Below are positions 39,889 through 49,219 of a stretch of 64,000 nucleotides of DNA, piece after piece. The DNA lies in IMG/VR virus record IMGVR_UViG_3300026512_000003, positions 101,428 through 165,427 of that record, one strand, 5' to 3'. This DNA is from a virus. The translations under genes and the position numbers were made by a program. The notes beneath the pieces were generated by a model, which saw only the letters and a program-made list of their open reading frames with translations, was not told the DNA's origin and did not search any database. Numbering within the stretch: the stretch's first letter is position 1; the number at the start of each line of letters is the position of its first letter.

Positions 39889-40307
39889 CAATGGACAAGA
39901 CAATAAAAGACACAACAAAAAAACAAGCATTTAAAGTAGATGAGGACTGTTCTGTGTACGAAAAAGTGCAACAGATGTTAGACCTTAACAGAGAGCTGGA
40001 GGGCAAAAAAATACCTATACTAGTCAGTATTAGCTATGGTGCATTTAGGGTGCCAAAAGAAATGTGTAAAAAACTTGGAATCGAATATGACAAATATGAA
40101 AGTTTTGAGATTTTTTCTAAAGACAGAGCTAATAAAGGGCTTATTGAGGCGTATAAGGAAGTGAAGAGAAGCAACCCAAAAGCCGTAGAACATTTAGGGA
40201 TAGAATTTGTAGACTGTAACTCAATATTTTTTTGTGGTATTAAAACTTACGACGGGAAGGAACAAGTGGTCTCGTCTGGTTACGAGCCACTAGAGAGGTA
40301 TCTATAA
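39882..40307 (+). CDS. Hypothetical protein
   Basis: SYGAF...TYDGKEQV. Confidence 0.7.
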   Translation: MLTMDKTIKDTTKKQAFKVDEDCSVYEKVQQMLDLNRELEGKKIPILVSISYGAFRVPKEMCKKLGIEYDKYESFEIFSKDRANKGLIEAYKEVKRSNPKAVEHLGIEFVDCNSIFFCGIKTYDGKEQVVSSGYEPLERYL

Positions 40308-40579
40308 TGTTTGGAGAATTATACAGAAAAATAAAGACTTGTTTAGCTGTATTAGCTGAAAATAAATATTCTGTTGTAGACCACGAAAAATACAGCAAAG
40401 ATGGATTGATGGAGAAAACATGGACATTAATAGTAGAAAGAAAATGCAACGGAAAATGGGCAGGGTTTATTTACGATGATTTTTTGGATTCAACATTTGC
40501 TGTAACAGAAGAACACAAGCGAAGAATTGATGCTGTTGCAGAATCAAAAAAATATGCCGAAGATTTGAAAAGGATATAA
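40307..40579 (+). CDS. Hypothetical protein
   Basis: TAATG coupling. Confidence 0.6.
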   Translation: MFGELYRKIKTCLAVLAENKYSVVDHEKYSKDGLMEKTWTLIVERKCNGKWAGFIYDDFLDSTFAVTEEHKRRIDAVAESKKYAEDLKRI

Positions 40580-40580
40580 A

Positions 40581-40919
40581 ATGGATAAAGAGGAATTGGT
40601 AAAAGATGACTAGGTTATTATAGATGATGTTATTTTTAAGATAGACAATATTGTAGGACCTAATTTATATGGTTCTGAAATGACAGACAAGAGAGGATTC
40701 CATTATGAATATTATGGTTCAGAATTAAAACTATGGGAACCTAAAGAAGGTGAATGGTGCGTGTTTTGGGATTACGAAGAAGAATTAAACAGTGGCTCTT
40801 TAGTTATTAATCTTTTCAAAGAAGATCTATCTACAGGATATGTTTCTGAAAATATCTCAGGAGTTTTTAAATATGTTGCTCCACTAGAGATAATACGAAC
40901 ATTAAAAAGAAAGGAATAG
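40581..40919 (+). pseudogene. WxPxxGE-family gene with in-frame TAG at 40611
   Basis: RBS-ATG 40581; MDKEELVKDD*VI.. in frame with track ORF 40680; paralogs have GDWV/GDWI here. Confidence 0.65.
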
Positions 40920-41035
40920 TGTCATTAAGAGTAATTATACAAAACTTTACATTTTTATATGATGTAGACAAGCCATAACTAGTTGTAAAAGCACAAGAGA
41001 TAAGTTTAGAAAAATGAACAAAAAAAGGAAATAAG

Positions 41036-41563
41036 ATGGGATATTTTAGCTGGATAACAGGTGATGAAAAAAAACAAATTAAAATAGAGGTACAAGAATC
41101 TGTATACTTGTTGCTTCCAGATGGAACGCACATACAAGAAGACTGCTACAGAGGCTATGGTGTTTTTGGGGAATGTGACGCATATGAGGAACTTGCTAAG
41201 ATGAATGGAATAACAAGTGAGGATGCAGAAAGAATGGGAATTCCTTTGCGAGAGCTTGGGATAGATCTTGAACACGGAAAGTTCTTATGTGATATAAAAA
41301 CGGGTAAATTTTATGCATACACAAGAGGAAAACAACCTTTCTTTGAATGGATAGAAAGCTTTAGTAGATACGATTCTGAGTTAGACAGTTTGTGTGGAGA
41401 AACGCCAAACGATATGCTTGAGAAAGGTGTGTTCGTTGAGGTGCCGGCACGAAACTTTATGTTAAGGGGAAGAAAATGGAAACCCATAAAGTTATCCTTT
41501 GACGAGGATGCTACTTATGATGAAACTCCACCTGCTACTGACGATATTCATCAAGGGTGGTAA
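41036..41563 (+). CDS. Conserved phage protein
   Basis: MGYFSW...YRGYGVFG..DAYE.LA.MN. Confidence 0.75.
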   Translation: MGYFSWITGDEKKQIKIEVQESVYLLLPDGTHIQEDCYRGYGVFGECDAYEELAKMNGITSEDAERMGIPLRELGIDLEHGKFLCDIKTGKFYAYTRGKQPFFEWIESFSRYDSELDSLCGETPNDMLEKGVFVEVPARNFMLRGRKWKPIKLSFDEDATYDETPPATDDIHQGW

Positions 41564-41564
41564 G

Positions 41565-41861
41565 ATGAGCAATATGGCACAAAAGATCTGCATAAAAGAA
41601 GATGGTGAGATTATACACAGGTTCGGAAACATAAGCTGCTTAGACCAGAGCTATCCGTTGGGTGTGTATATCCAAATAAAAAAAATACTAAAAGAGAATA
41701 GCGCACTAAGAGGTATCACAACCTTGCAAGCACATTATATAGCGACATCTTTGATGCGTAAAGACGAAGCTGTTCTATTGTTCGACAACGCTGTAGAGAG
41801 ATTTATAGAAGAGCTTAAAAATACAAACAAAAAAAATTTGTATAAGATAGTAGAGGGGTAG
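41565..41861 (+). CDS. Hypothetical protein
   Basis: Start directly after upstream stop. Confidence 0.6.
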   Translation: MSNMAQKICIKEDGEIIHRFGNISCLDQSYPLGVYIQIKKILKENSALRGITTLQAHYIATSLMRKDEAVLLFDNAVERFIEELKNTNKKNLYKIVEG

Positions 41862-41864
41862 AAA

Positions 41865-42368
41865 ATGAGTTTAGAAGAAGAAGTTAAGGAAATAAAGGCA
41901 AAAGCAGTTGAAAGAATGTTTGAAAAGGAAAAACTTAAAGAAGATATTTCAAAAATAGTTTCACAAATTGAAGAATATATGAGTGAAAAATTTCTAGAAA
42001 AAGTAGCAATAAAGCATTTTGGAAAAAATAGTTTGTATTGTTCAAAACATCTTATAGAAAGAGGTATGTTTGAAATGAATGGTTCAAATATTATGCCAAA
42101 AAATGACTCTATTCTTAATAAAAAAATAAGTATTTTGAAGTCATGCATGGAAGGGCTAGGAGAGACTGTAAATGATATACTTAAATATACGGAATATCTT
42201 GAAGTTGGAAGAGTTAACAATGACTTTATTTTAGGAACAGTATATCTTAAAAAAAAACTAGAGCCATATCTTCAAAAAGCTGGATACAATGTAAGGATAA
42301 AAGATGGGTATTGTATAGAAGTTCGGATTGCACTGTCGAAAGAGGATGTGGGAAAATGGCATGTATAA
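41865..42368 (+). CDS. Hypothetical protein
   Basis: GAGGGG RBS. Confidence 0.7.
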   Translation: MSLEEEVKEIKAKAVERMFEKEKLKEDISKIVSQIEEYMSEKFLEKVAIKHFGKNSLYCSKHLIERGMFEMNGSNIMPKNDSILNKKISILKSCMEGLGETVNDILKYTEYLEVGRVNNDFILGTVYLKKKLEPYLQKAGYNVRIKDGYCIEVRIALSKEDVGKWHV

Positions 42369-42793
42369 AATGTGGAAAAACAGAGAAAGATTCTTTTTTT
42401 GAAGAAGAAGAATATATTTGTATTCAATGTGCAAACGAAAAACTTTACGCAGGTGCAAAAAGTTTTTCACAGCTACAGAAAGAGAATCCCCAGTGGTATG
42501 GACCAGAAATAACCAACAAAGATTTTGAAAGACTAGTTGCTTGTCGCCAAAACGAATGGATTGATAGGTGGCTCAAGAAAGAAAATATACAAGTAGAGAT
42601 GTATAATTTCGAAAGGGACACTGAAAGTAGTGTTGGCTATATCCAAGCGTTAAAAAGAATTTTTGGAAGACGAGGAAAATGGAACCTGTCGATACCATCT
42701 TTAGGTGTATCAGAATACAACGAGACTGTTCAGCTTGGGCTGTCTGAGCAAATATTTAAAAAAATAAAGGAGTTTGAAAATGGAAGAAAATAA
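42356..42793 (+). CDS. Hypothetical protein with N-terminal CxxC pairs
   Basis: MACIKCG...ICIQC. Confidence 0.65.
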   Translation: MACIKCGKTEKDSFFEEEEYICIQCANEKLYAGAKSFSQLQKENPQWYGPEITNKDFERLVACRQNEWIDRWLKKENIQVEMYNFERDTESSVGYIQALKRIFGRRGKWNLSIPSLGVSEYNETVQLGLSEQIFKKIKEFENGRK

Positions 42794-43309
42794 ATCAGAA
42801 GAAGAGGTAATCTCTGAGTCAGTAATAAACGGGCAATGGAAGCAGGCGGTAACGCAATTTCTTGAGTCAGATCTTGAAATAAGAGATTTGAAACATTATG
42901 GCATACTAGACAATGATGATTTGTGTACGCTTGCAGATATGGTTATTGTAAGATTGGAAGAAAAATGAATAAAGTGGATATATTAACTACAAGTGCACTA
43001 CTTGGTTTATCGTGGATTTCACCAAACGAAATCCACAAAAAGAAGGTTGCTGATAAAAAAGCCAAAAAGAAAAAAAAGATGACAAAAGCATCAAGAAAAA
43101 AAAACAGAAGGAAATAAAAATGCAGGAACAAATAAGTGCTTGTGCAAATGCTGATCAAAAACTTTCGCTTTGCACTATATGCGAGCGAAACATAGACCCT
43201 GAACTACTCAAGGATGGGCAGAAAGTTGAGCAGTTTAAGATAGGAATAGTAGGCGATGAGCTACAGTGTAGCGGATTTAAGATTGCAAAAATTCACACAA
43301 GGAAATAAA

Positions 43310-43891
43310 ATGGCATATGAAGTTAAAATTGACCAAGAAAGATTTACACTGTACGAAGACATAGAAAATTTAACAGAGCAAATGCTCTTGGATAACAACG
43401 AGCTTCTCAAAAAAAGTGAACAGTTTTCATATTGGACTAAAGATATGGATACATCAGAGATGGATGAAGATGAGATGATAGAATCATTCAAAGAAAGTAC
43501 TGCTTGTGACGAGCTAGTTAGAGGACTGGAAAGCCCTCTATATTATTGGGATCTTTTATCCTTTGAGCCAAGTGAAGACAGAATAGAGCTTGCATACAAG
43601 CTTGCTCCAAATTGTTCTGTTATGTATGTGGAACCATTAGATAGCCACTTCATAGCTTTGACAGGTGGTGGAATGGATATGAACGACACAATAGAGTTAG
43701 CTTATTATATATTGCAAGGAAAAAGCCCTGTAAAAGCAAGTGGTTTTTATACTATAGGTAAAGTTGGAGAAGATGTGTTGAAAAAATGTAGAGAAGCGGG
43801 AAGTCTGATTCTTCAATGTGAGATGGATAGTTTTATTCAAGAAGCAAAAGAAAAACTATTGGTTTGTTCTAAAAAAAACAATGAAGAATAG
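43310..43891 (+). CDS. Acidic conserved phage protein
   Basis: IALTGGGMDM...LAY; RBS before ATG 43310. Confidence 0.7.
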   Translation: MAYEVKIDQERFTLYEDIENLTEQMLLDNNELLKKSEQFSYWTKDMDTSEMDEDEMIESFKESTACDELVRGLESPLYYWDLLSFEPSEDRIELAYKLAPNCSVMYVEPLDSHFIALTGGGMDMNDTIELAYYILQGKSPVKASGFYTIGKVGEDVLKKCREAGSLILQCEMDSFIQEAKEKLLVCSKKNNEE

Positions 43892-43926
43892 GACATCAAA
43901 AAATAAACATACAAAGGAAAATCAAA

Positions 43927-44175
43927 ATGTATAAGATACAAGATGATAATGGAACGATATTTAGTTCAAGTTCAATAGAAGAAGCTCAGTTTGAATTTGA
44001 CAGAATGAGTGGTGTAGAAATGCTTGTTTGTGAGAAGTGTGGCTGGGTTGGATACTACGAAGGAGCTAGTCAGTTTTGTCCTGAATGTGGTGAGGATTCT
44101 TTAATGGACTATATATCAACAGACGAGTGGAGTGGTGATCTCGAACTTGTTGAAGTTTTAGCCGCTACAAGATAA
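43927..44175 (+). CDS. Small acidic Zn-ribbon protein
   Basis: CEKCGW...CPECG. Confidence 0.7.
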   Translation: MYKIQDDNGTIFSSSSIEEAQFEFDRMSGVEMLVCEKCGWVGYYEGASQFCPECGEDSLMDYISTDEWSGDLELVEVLAATR

Positions 44176-44494
44176 AATAGGAGAAAAAAGAAAATAATAT
44201 TAAATGGAATAATATTATATGTGCTTTTTATTTTGATAACGCTGTTTCTTTTTTTTGGAGGCAGATAAAACTTATAATGTAAAATGCTACAGCTTTACAG
44301 CGAAAATAATGCTATCCGTATTATGGCCATATGTGTTTTTTGGAATACTTCAGAAGATTCTTAAATAGGAGAAAAAACGGAATACACAGCAATATTTTTA
44401 GACTTTAGTTTGTTTTTTAAGAATTAGTAAGTGATAGGCTAAACTAATTTAAACAATTAAAGTCGCCCATAAGAACTAATTTAAAGCAAAAACT

Positions 44495-44541
44495 AAGACA
44501 TACCATATCAGATCCTTATAGGGATTAGTATGTCTTTTTTA
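44495..44541 (+). terminator. Terminator/attenuator hairpin in leader of 44559
   Basis: aagacatac...atccttatagggat...gtatgtctt followed by tttt. Confidence 0.55.
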
Positions 44542-44558
44542 TTCTTACAGGAGATATT

Positions 44559-44936
44559 ATGAACAAAGAACAAATATTAGAATTATTAAAATCAGATTGC
44601 ACTTATCAAGAGTTGGAAGAATTATTAGGATTATCCAATGTTGATGCAATACTATTTAATGAAAATGATGAAGTAACAAATGTATATTTATATGAAGATG
44701 AATATGAGTTTAAAGAAGAAAGCGACGAGAACTCACATATGTCTGATGTTCTAAGTTTGGCAAGAATATGGCTAAACGATGGCAAAAATGGAAAAGAATT
44801 GCTTGAAATGAGTTTAAATTATATTTTTAATATAATCAAATTTCTTGAACAACAAAAAAATAAGCATAGTTGCTCACAGAATCAATTGTCCCTATGCGGT
44901 AAGATACATCAAAATGTCACCCATTATGTATGTTGA
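44559..44936 (+). CDS. Acidic hypothetical protein
   Basis: CAGGAG RBS; 3' end uncertain (overlaps ORF 44845). Confidence 0.6.
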   Translation: MNKEQILELLKSDCTYQELEELLGLSNVDAILFNENDEVTNVYLYEDEYEFKEESDENSHMSDVLSLARIWLNDGKNGKELLEMSLNYIFNIIKFLEQQKNKHSCSQNQLSLCGKIHQNVTHYVC

Positions 44937-45081
44937 CAAGGAATATGTTCAAGCAGGTGTAAGAACAGGCATTGAAGAAGATAAAAATCTTATTTTTGAT
45001 AAAGGAATATTTTATGCGGACAATGCAAGAACAGCCTATCTTAGTAAATGAAATATAAATAAAAAACAGCAAAGGGAAAAA

Positions 45082-45660
45082 ATGGAATTATTTATAAAAG
45101 AAGAAGAAGTTGAAAATAAAAATATAGAGGAAGTAGAAGAGCCTGATTTAGAAATGACGGATGAGGAGTTTGACGAAGTGTTGGACGAACTATATGAACC
45201 ATATGAAATGGGATTTTTAACATTTTATGCTTCAGATATTTTAAAAGAAATGGACCCTATTGCGTACAGGGAAACAAAAAACAATTACGAGCCATCAAAA
45301 CTAGAGTATCACTGCCCTATTTGTAGCATGGAGTATTCGACAGAAGAAGATGCAAAATGGTGTTGCCAAGATGAAACAGTTACGATATATAAAATTGTTG
45401 ACAAAAATGACAATATTGTCGAAACATTTGAGACTAAAGAAGATGCTCAGGATTATGTAGACGAAAATGCTACATTTGAATATAAAGTCAGGGTTTTTTT
45501 AATGGACTTGGACGATGATGCATCCACTCCATATTTTGAGGATGTATTGTCTATTGAAGCATCAAATGAAGATGAAGCAATAGAAAGAGGTAAGGATTTA
45601 GCCTATGATCTTAAGGAGGCATCAGGGGTAAATGTAAGTGTAGGAGCACAAATAGAGTAA
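45082..45660 (+). CDS. Extremely acidic protein (DNA-mimic candidate)
   Basis: EEFDEVLDELY...ILKEMDPIAYRE; CPIC. Confidence 0.75.
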   Translation: MELFIKEEEVENKNIEEVEEPDLEMTDEEFDEVLDELYEPYEMGFLTFYASDILKEMDPIAYRETKNNYEPSKLEYHCPICSMEYSTEEDAKWCCQDETVTIYKIVDKNDNIVETFETKEDAQDYVDENATFEYKVRVFLMDLDDDASTPYFEDVLSIEASNEDEAIERGKDLAYDLKEASGVNVSVGAQIE

Positions 45661-45761
45661 AAACAGATTCTAGAGTAAGTTGCATAAGAATAACACATAG
45701 GAAGGAAATAGATTTTTTAAAAAAAATCTTAATAAAAATAACATAAAAAAAGGAAAACAAA

Positions 45762-46178
45762 ATGGGATATATGTATTATGGAGCACAAGTAGATAAAATA
45801 GAAAGAGAAAAGCTAGTTGAACTTGCTTCAAAAGAGCTCGAAGCGTTTGAGGATGAGTTAGCTAGATGGGAGATTGACCTTACAGATTGGGGAAAGTTTA
45901 TAGAATCTGGAGAGGACGAGTACTGGATAGAAACAGTACTAGAAGCAGAGTACGACTTAACAGGGACTATAAATGCAATTTATAAGAAATACCACAATCT
46001 GAAAGAAGCTACAAAAAGTAAGGGGCTTGAACTTAGTATGTTTGCACCTACAGCAGAGGTTTTATCTGGAGATGAGAGTGGCATTTACATTGTGGAAAAT
46101 GCATTTGTACCAAATCTAGAAATAAGGAAAGATATAAGAGAAGCTATCTACAAGACAGAAGTTGTAATGGGAGGTTGA
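45762..46178 (+). CDS. Acidic hypothetical protein
   Basis: RBS. Confidence 0.7.
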   Translation: MGYMYYGAQVDKIEREKLVELASKELEAFEDELARWEIDLTDWGKFIESGEDEYWIETVLEAEYDLTGTINAIYKKYHNLKEATKSKGLELSMFAPTAEVLSGDESGIYIVENAFVPNLEIRKDIREAIYKTEVVMGG

Positions 46179-46188
46179 AGCAAATATC

Positions 46189-46410
46189 ATGTTTTTTTTA
46201 AAAGAAAAAGTAGAACTAGAAAACGGAAATATTGCAGTCAAGGTTACTGTTCCATATAAAGCTGAATGTCGTATTCCAAAAGCAGAATTGGATAGAACGA
46301 TAGTGGATTTGCCAAAGTTTGAAGCACAGAAAATGGCTCAAAGAATAATAAATGCAATGTTTGAGGGTGTAGAAGAAGAACTCTTAGCAATCATAAAGGA
46401 TAGTTTATGA
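46189..46410 (+). CDS. Hypothetical protein
   Basis: GGAGG RBS. Confidence 0.6.
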   Translation: MFFLKEKVELENGNIAVKVTVPYKAECRIPKAELDRTIVDLPKFEAQKMAQRIINAMFEGVEEELLAIIKDSL

Positions 46411-46835
46411 AAAGTATTGTAGAGCTGCCATTATTTGTAAAAGAGTATGGAGAAAACAAAAGTTTAAGGTCTATATATGTTCAAATGCATAGAAAGGATT
46501 TTCCATCAAATTTTCTCAAAAAGATCAACGGAAGACTGTATGTTATTGTTGAAAATGTCGTTAAGTACAACAAAGAGCATAACGAAACCATAGAAGAAGC
46601 TCACAGTCTGTATTATGAGCTAATAAAACACTATGAAAATGAATATGCATTTGCTAAAGAGCTTGCTGCTACAGATGATAAAAAGATACAAAGCTGGTAT
46701 ATGTGGTTAAGAGAAGGGCTTTTCTCTTACGGGGCAAAGGATGTTTTTCTTATGAGTACAAGAAAAAGAGAGAGAAAGATATCTGAATTTGTAGAGAAAG
46801 CAAAAAAACTGTCAAGAGATAATGAAAAAAACTAG
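46407..46835 (+). CDS. Hypothetical protein
   Basis: ATGA coupling. Confidence 0.7.
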   Translation: MKSIVELPLFVKEYGENKSLRSIYVQMHRKDFPSNFLKKINGRLYVIVENVVKYNKEHNETIEEAHSLYYELIKHYENEYAFAKELAATDDKKIQSWYMWLREGLFSYGAKDVFLMSTRKRERKISEFVEKAKKLSRDNEKN

Positions 46836-46862
46836 ACAAATATTGAAAACAAGGAGATAAAA

Positions 46863-47132
46863 ATGACAGCTAAGCAATTCTGGGAAAGAAGAGACACTGA
46901 TTTTTACGAAGCCACTTTTTTCGGATTTGAGTTTAGAGTCACTGTAGATGATCTTGGAGACGGGTGGGTTTTCTATATAGACGAAAGGTATGTTCCGACA
47001 GAGATAACGCCTTTTCTTGACATAAATCCAACTTTTAAAACACAAAAGCAGGTTGAGAGTCATATGGAAAAAGAGCGTAAAAGGATTTTGGAAGAGTTAA
47101 AAAAATTAGAAAGGAGATTAAATGTGTTATAA
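46863..47132 (+). CDS. Hypothetical protein
   Basis: AAGGAG RBS. Confidence 0.7.
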   Translation: MTAKQFWERRDTDFYEATFFGFEFRVTVDDLGDGWVFYIDERYVPTEITPFLDINPTFKTQKQVESHMEKERKRILEELKKLERRLNVL

Positions 47133-47817
47133 CAAGAAAGCAATAAAAAAGCAGTCTGAAGTAATACACCCACTTCTAGGGAAGTTCGTTGTTTTAGAAG
47201 ATGATTATGATTGCCCAGAAAAACTTACTAAAATAACTACTGTTCTTGGGAAAACAGAGCTTGAATTCGAGAGTGGAAAATGGCTAAAGGCAACAGAAAA
47301 TATAGACACTATCCTCACTCTGTGGGCACCTACTAAAAACGAATCAATTTGCTGGTTTTGGAATAGTGGGGGCGTCCCAGAGGTTGGAATGTTTCTGACT
47401 TTAGAAGATAATAAATATCACGCAAAGATTTCGAGTTGTGAAGGTTTTAAGGAAAAGGTTTTTGACTACTGTGAACCTTTTGTGGGAATTCTCCCAGATG
47501 TAATAAAAAAAGGATTAATTATGACAATTGAAGATATTAAGAGAGCAGAAGAAGATGTTCAAAAAAAAGAGGATAACCTTAAGGCGCTTGAAAAGATGAA
47601 GCGCATTCTAGAAGAGGAGGTCTTTGAGGAAAATGGGGATGTTAGAGAGCACTTAAGTCTAGGGGGTTACTGTTTTGGCAGTGAAAATTTATCAGGGGTG
47701 ATAACATTTAATGAATCATTAGTATATGCAAAAATAAATTTTGCCGAAAAAGAGCTTACTTTAAGTAAAAAGAGACTATATGAAATAGAGAGTATTCTAA
47801 AAAAAATAACTCTATAG
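47122..47817 (+). CDS. WxPxxGE-family protein fused to a coiled-coil ORF
   Basis: LWAPTKNESICWFWN...YCEPFVGILP; internal AAAGGA-ATG at 47521. Confidence 0.7.
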   Translation: MCYNKKAIKKQSEVIHPLLGKFVVLEDDYDCPEKLTKITTVLGKTELEFESGKWLKATENIDTILTLWAPTKNESICWFWNSGGVPEVGMFLTLEDNKYHAKISSCEGFKEKVFDYCEPFVGILPDVIKKGLIMTIEDIKRAEEDVQKKEDNLKALEKMKRILEEEVFEENGDVREHLSLGGYCFGSENLSGVITFNESLVYAKINFAEKELTLSKKRLYEIESILKKITL

Positions 47818-47823
47818 TAGTCA

Positions 47824-47835
47824 GTATGATATAAT
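47824..47835 (+). promoter_or_regulatory. Extended -10 promoter of HNH gene
   Basis: TGATATAAT about 30 nt upstream of GAGGAGG-ATG. Confidence 0.55.
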
Positions 47836-47863
47836 TTGGGTATTTCTTTGAGGAGGTCGCACA

Positions 47864-48247
47864 ATGAGTGATAAAAAAAATGCATGGGTTAGAATTGATG
47901 ATTTTGATAGTTATGAAATTCACCCTGAGAATGGAATACGCAATGCTAAAACTCAAAAAGTGTTAAAAGGGCGAACTTGGATGGGGTATCCAAAAGTTAC
48001 ATTAATGAAAGATGGAAAAAAGCATGAGCGAAGAATACATAGATTGGTCGCTCAGCATTTCAAAAAAAACCCAGAAAATCATCCTATAGTTAATCATTTA
48101 AACTCAGATAGGTCCGATTATAGATTAAGCAATATGGAATGGGATACCTTAAGTGGAAACCAACTTCATAGGTGGAAGACTCAAAAAGAAGGTCTTTTAA
48201 AACAGAAATATTCTCCAGAATATACAACAAAAAATAAAGGAAAGTAA
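47864..48247 (+). CDS. NUMOD4-HNH homing-endonuclease-like protein
   Basis: WVRIDDF..YEI...GYPKVTL...IHRLVAQHF...VNHLNSDRSDYRLSNMEW. Confidence 0.8.
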   Translation: MSDKKNAWVRIDDFDSYEIHPENGIRNAKTQKVLKGRTWMGYPKVTLMKDGKKHERRIHRLVAQHFKKNPENHPIVNHLNSDRSDYRLSNMEWDTLSGNQLHRWKTQKEGLLKQKYSPEYTTKNKGK

Positions 48248-48248
48248 T

Positions 48249-48749
48249 ATGGGATATACAACAGATTTTTCAGGTGAATTTGAGTTAAAATTCAAAGATG
48301 AGGCAACAAGAAAAAAAGTGACTGAGTTGGTAAATGGCTTAGCTGATACAAGAAGAATGAAACGCGATCTGAGCAAACTTGGATGTTATACAGAAGAGGA
48401 AATAAAAAACTTCGGGGAAGAGGGGGAATTTTATTATCCTACAGAGAAATCGGAGTATTGGAGTTTTGCAGGGCAAAATAGAGAAGATCCGAGCATCTTG
48501 GAGTATAACAAGCCTCCGAAGAGTCAGCCAGGTCTTTGGTTGCAATGGGTTATAGATGGAGATAGCTTAGTGTGGGATGAAAGTGAAAAATTCTATCATT
48601 ACACAGAATGGCTAAATTATTTGATTAAGAAAATTTTCAAACCAAATGGCGTAGAGATCTCAGGAGCCGTTACATATCAAGGTGAAGAATGCGGAGATGT
48701 AGGTAGAATAGAAATTATAAACGGAAGAGCTTATAAGGAGGAAATGTAA
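48249..48749 (+). CDS. Conserved phage protein
   Basis: MGYTTDFSG...QPGLWLQW...EKFYHYTEWL. Confidence 0.75.
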   Translation: MGYTTDFSGEFELKFKDEATRKKVTELVNGLADTRRMKRDLSKLGCYTEEEIKNFGEEGEFYYPTEKSEYWSFAGQNREDPSILEYNKPPKSQPGLWLQWVIDGDSLVWDESEKFYHYTEWLNYLIKKIFKPNGVEISGAVTYQGEECGDVGRIEIINGRAYKEEM

Positions 48750-49153
48750 TGTTTATAGCATCAATGTTAAATTGTGGGGATCTCGATATTGACTATATCA
48801 ATAGAATTGCTGAAGAGTATGGGGTTGATTTTGACGATGTAAAAGAAGCTTTGAGAGAGTATGAAGAAAAAAATGCAAATAATATTATTTATTGCATTAT
48901 GGATACTGCTGGAAGAATGTTTTTAAGTAGATGTGCAGATATCATAGAGGGGCTCAAGTTAAGTAAAAAAGCAAAAAAAGAAGCACTTAAAAAAGTTGAA
49001 GAATTTGAGCTAAACATATCTGAAAATTATCTTGCAAGTAGTTTTGATAGCTGTATAAATGATTTCATTGGTGATCTGTCTATGGAAAACATAAAAGAGT
49101 TTTTGCTTAAAGCAGAGATTCTTGAAGAAGATCAATTATGGATAGATGAGTAA
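48749..49153 (+). CDS. Acidic hypothetical protein
   Basis: AAGGAGG RBS; TAATG coupling. Confidence 0.7.
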   Translation: MFIASMLNCGDLDIDYINRIAEEYGVDFDDVKEALREYEEKNANNIIYCIMDTAGRMFLSRCADIIEGLKLSKKAKKEALKKVEEFELNISENYLASSFDSCINDFIGDLSMENIKEFLLKAEILEEDQLWIDE

Positions 49154-49219
49154 GCAAAAAAGCCTTAGTTAAGGTAAAATATGCTAGTATAATATAAAAC
49201 ATAAATAAAGGAAAAAGGT

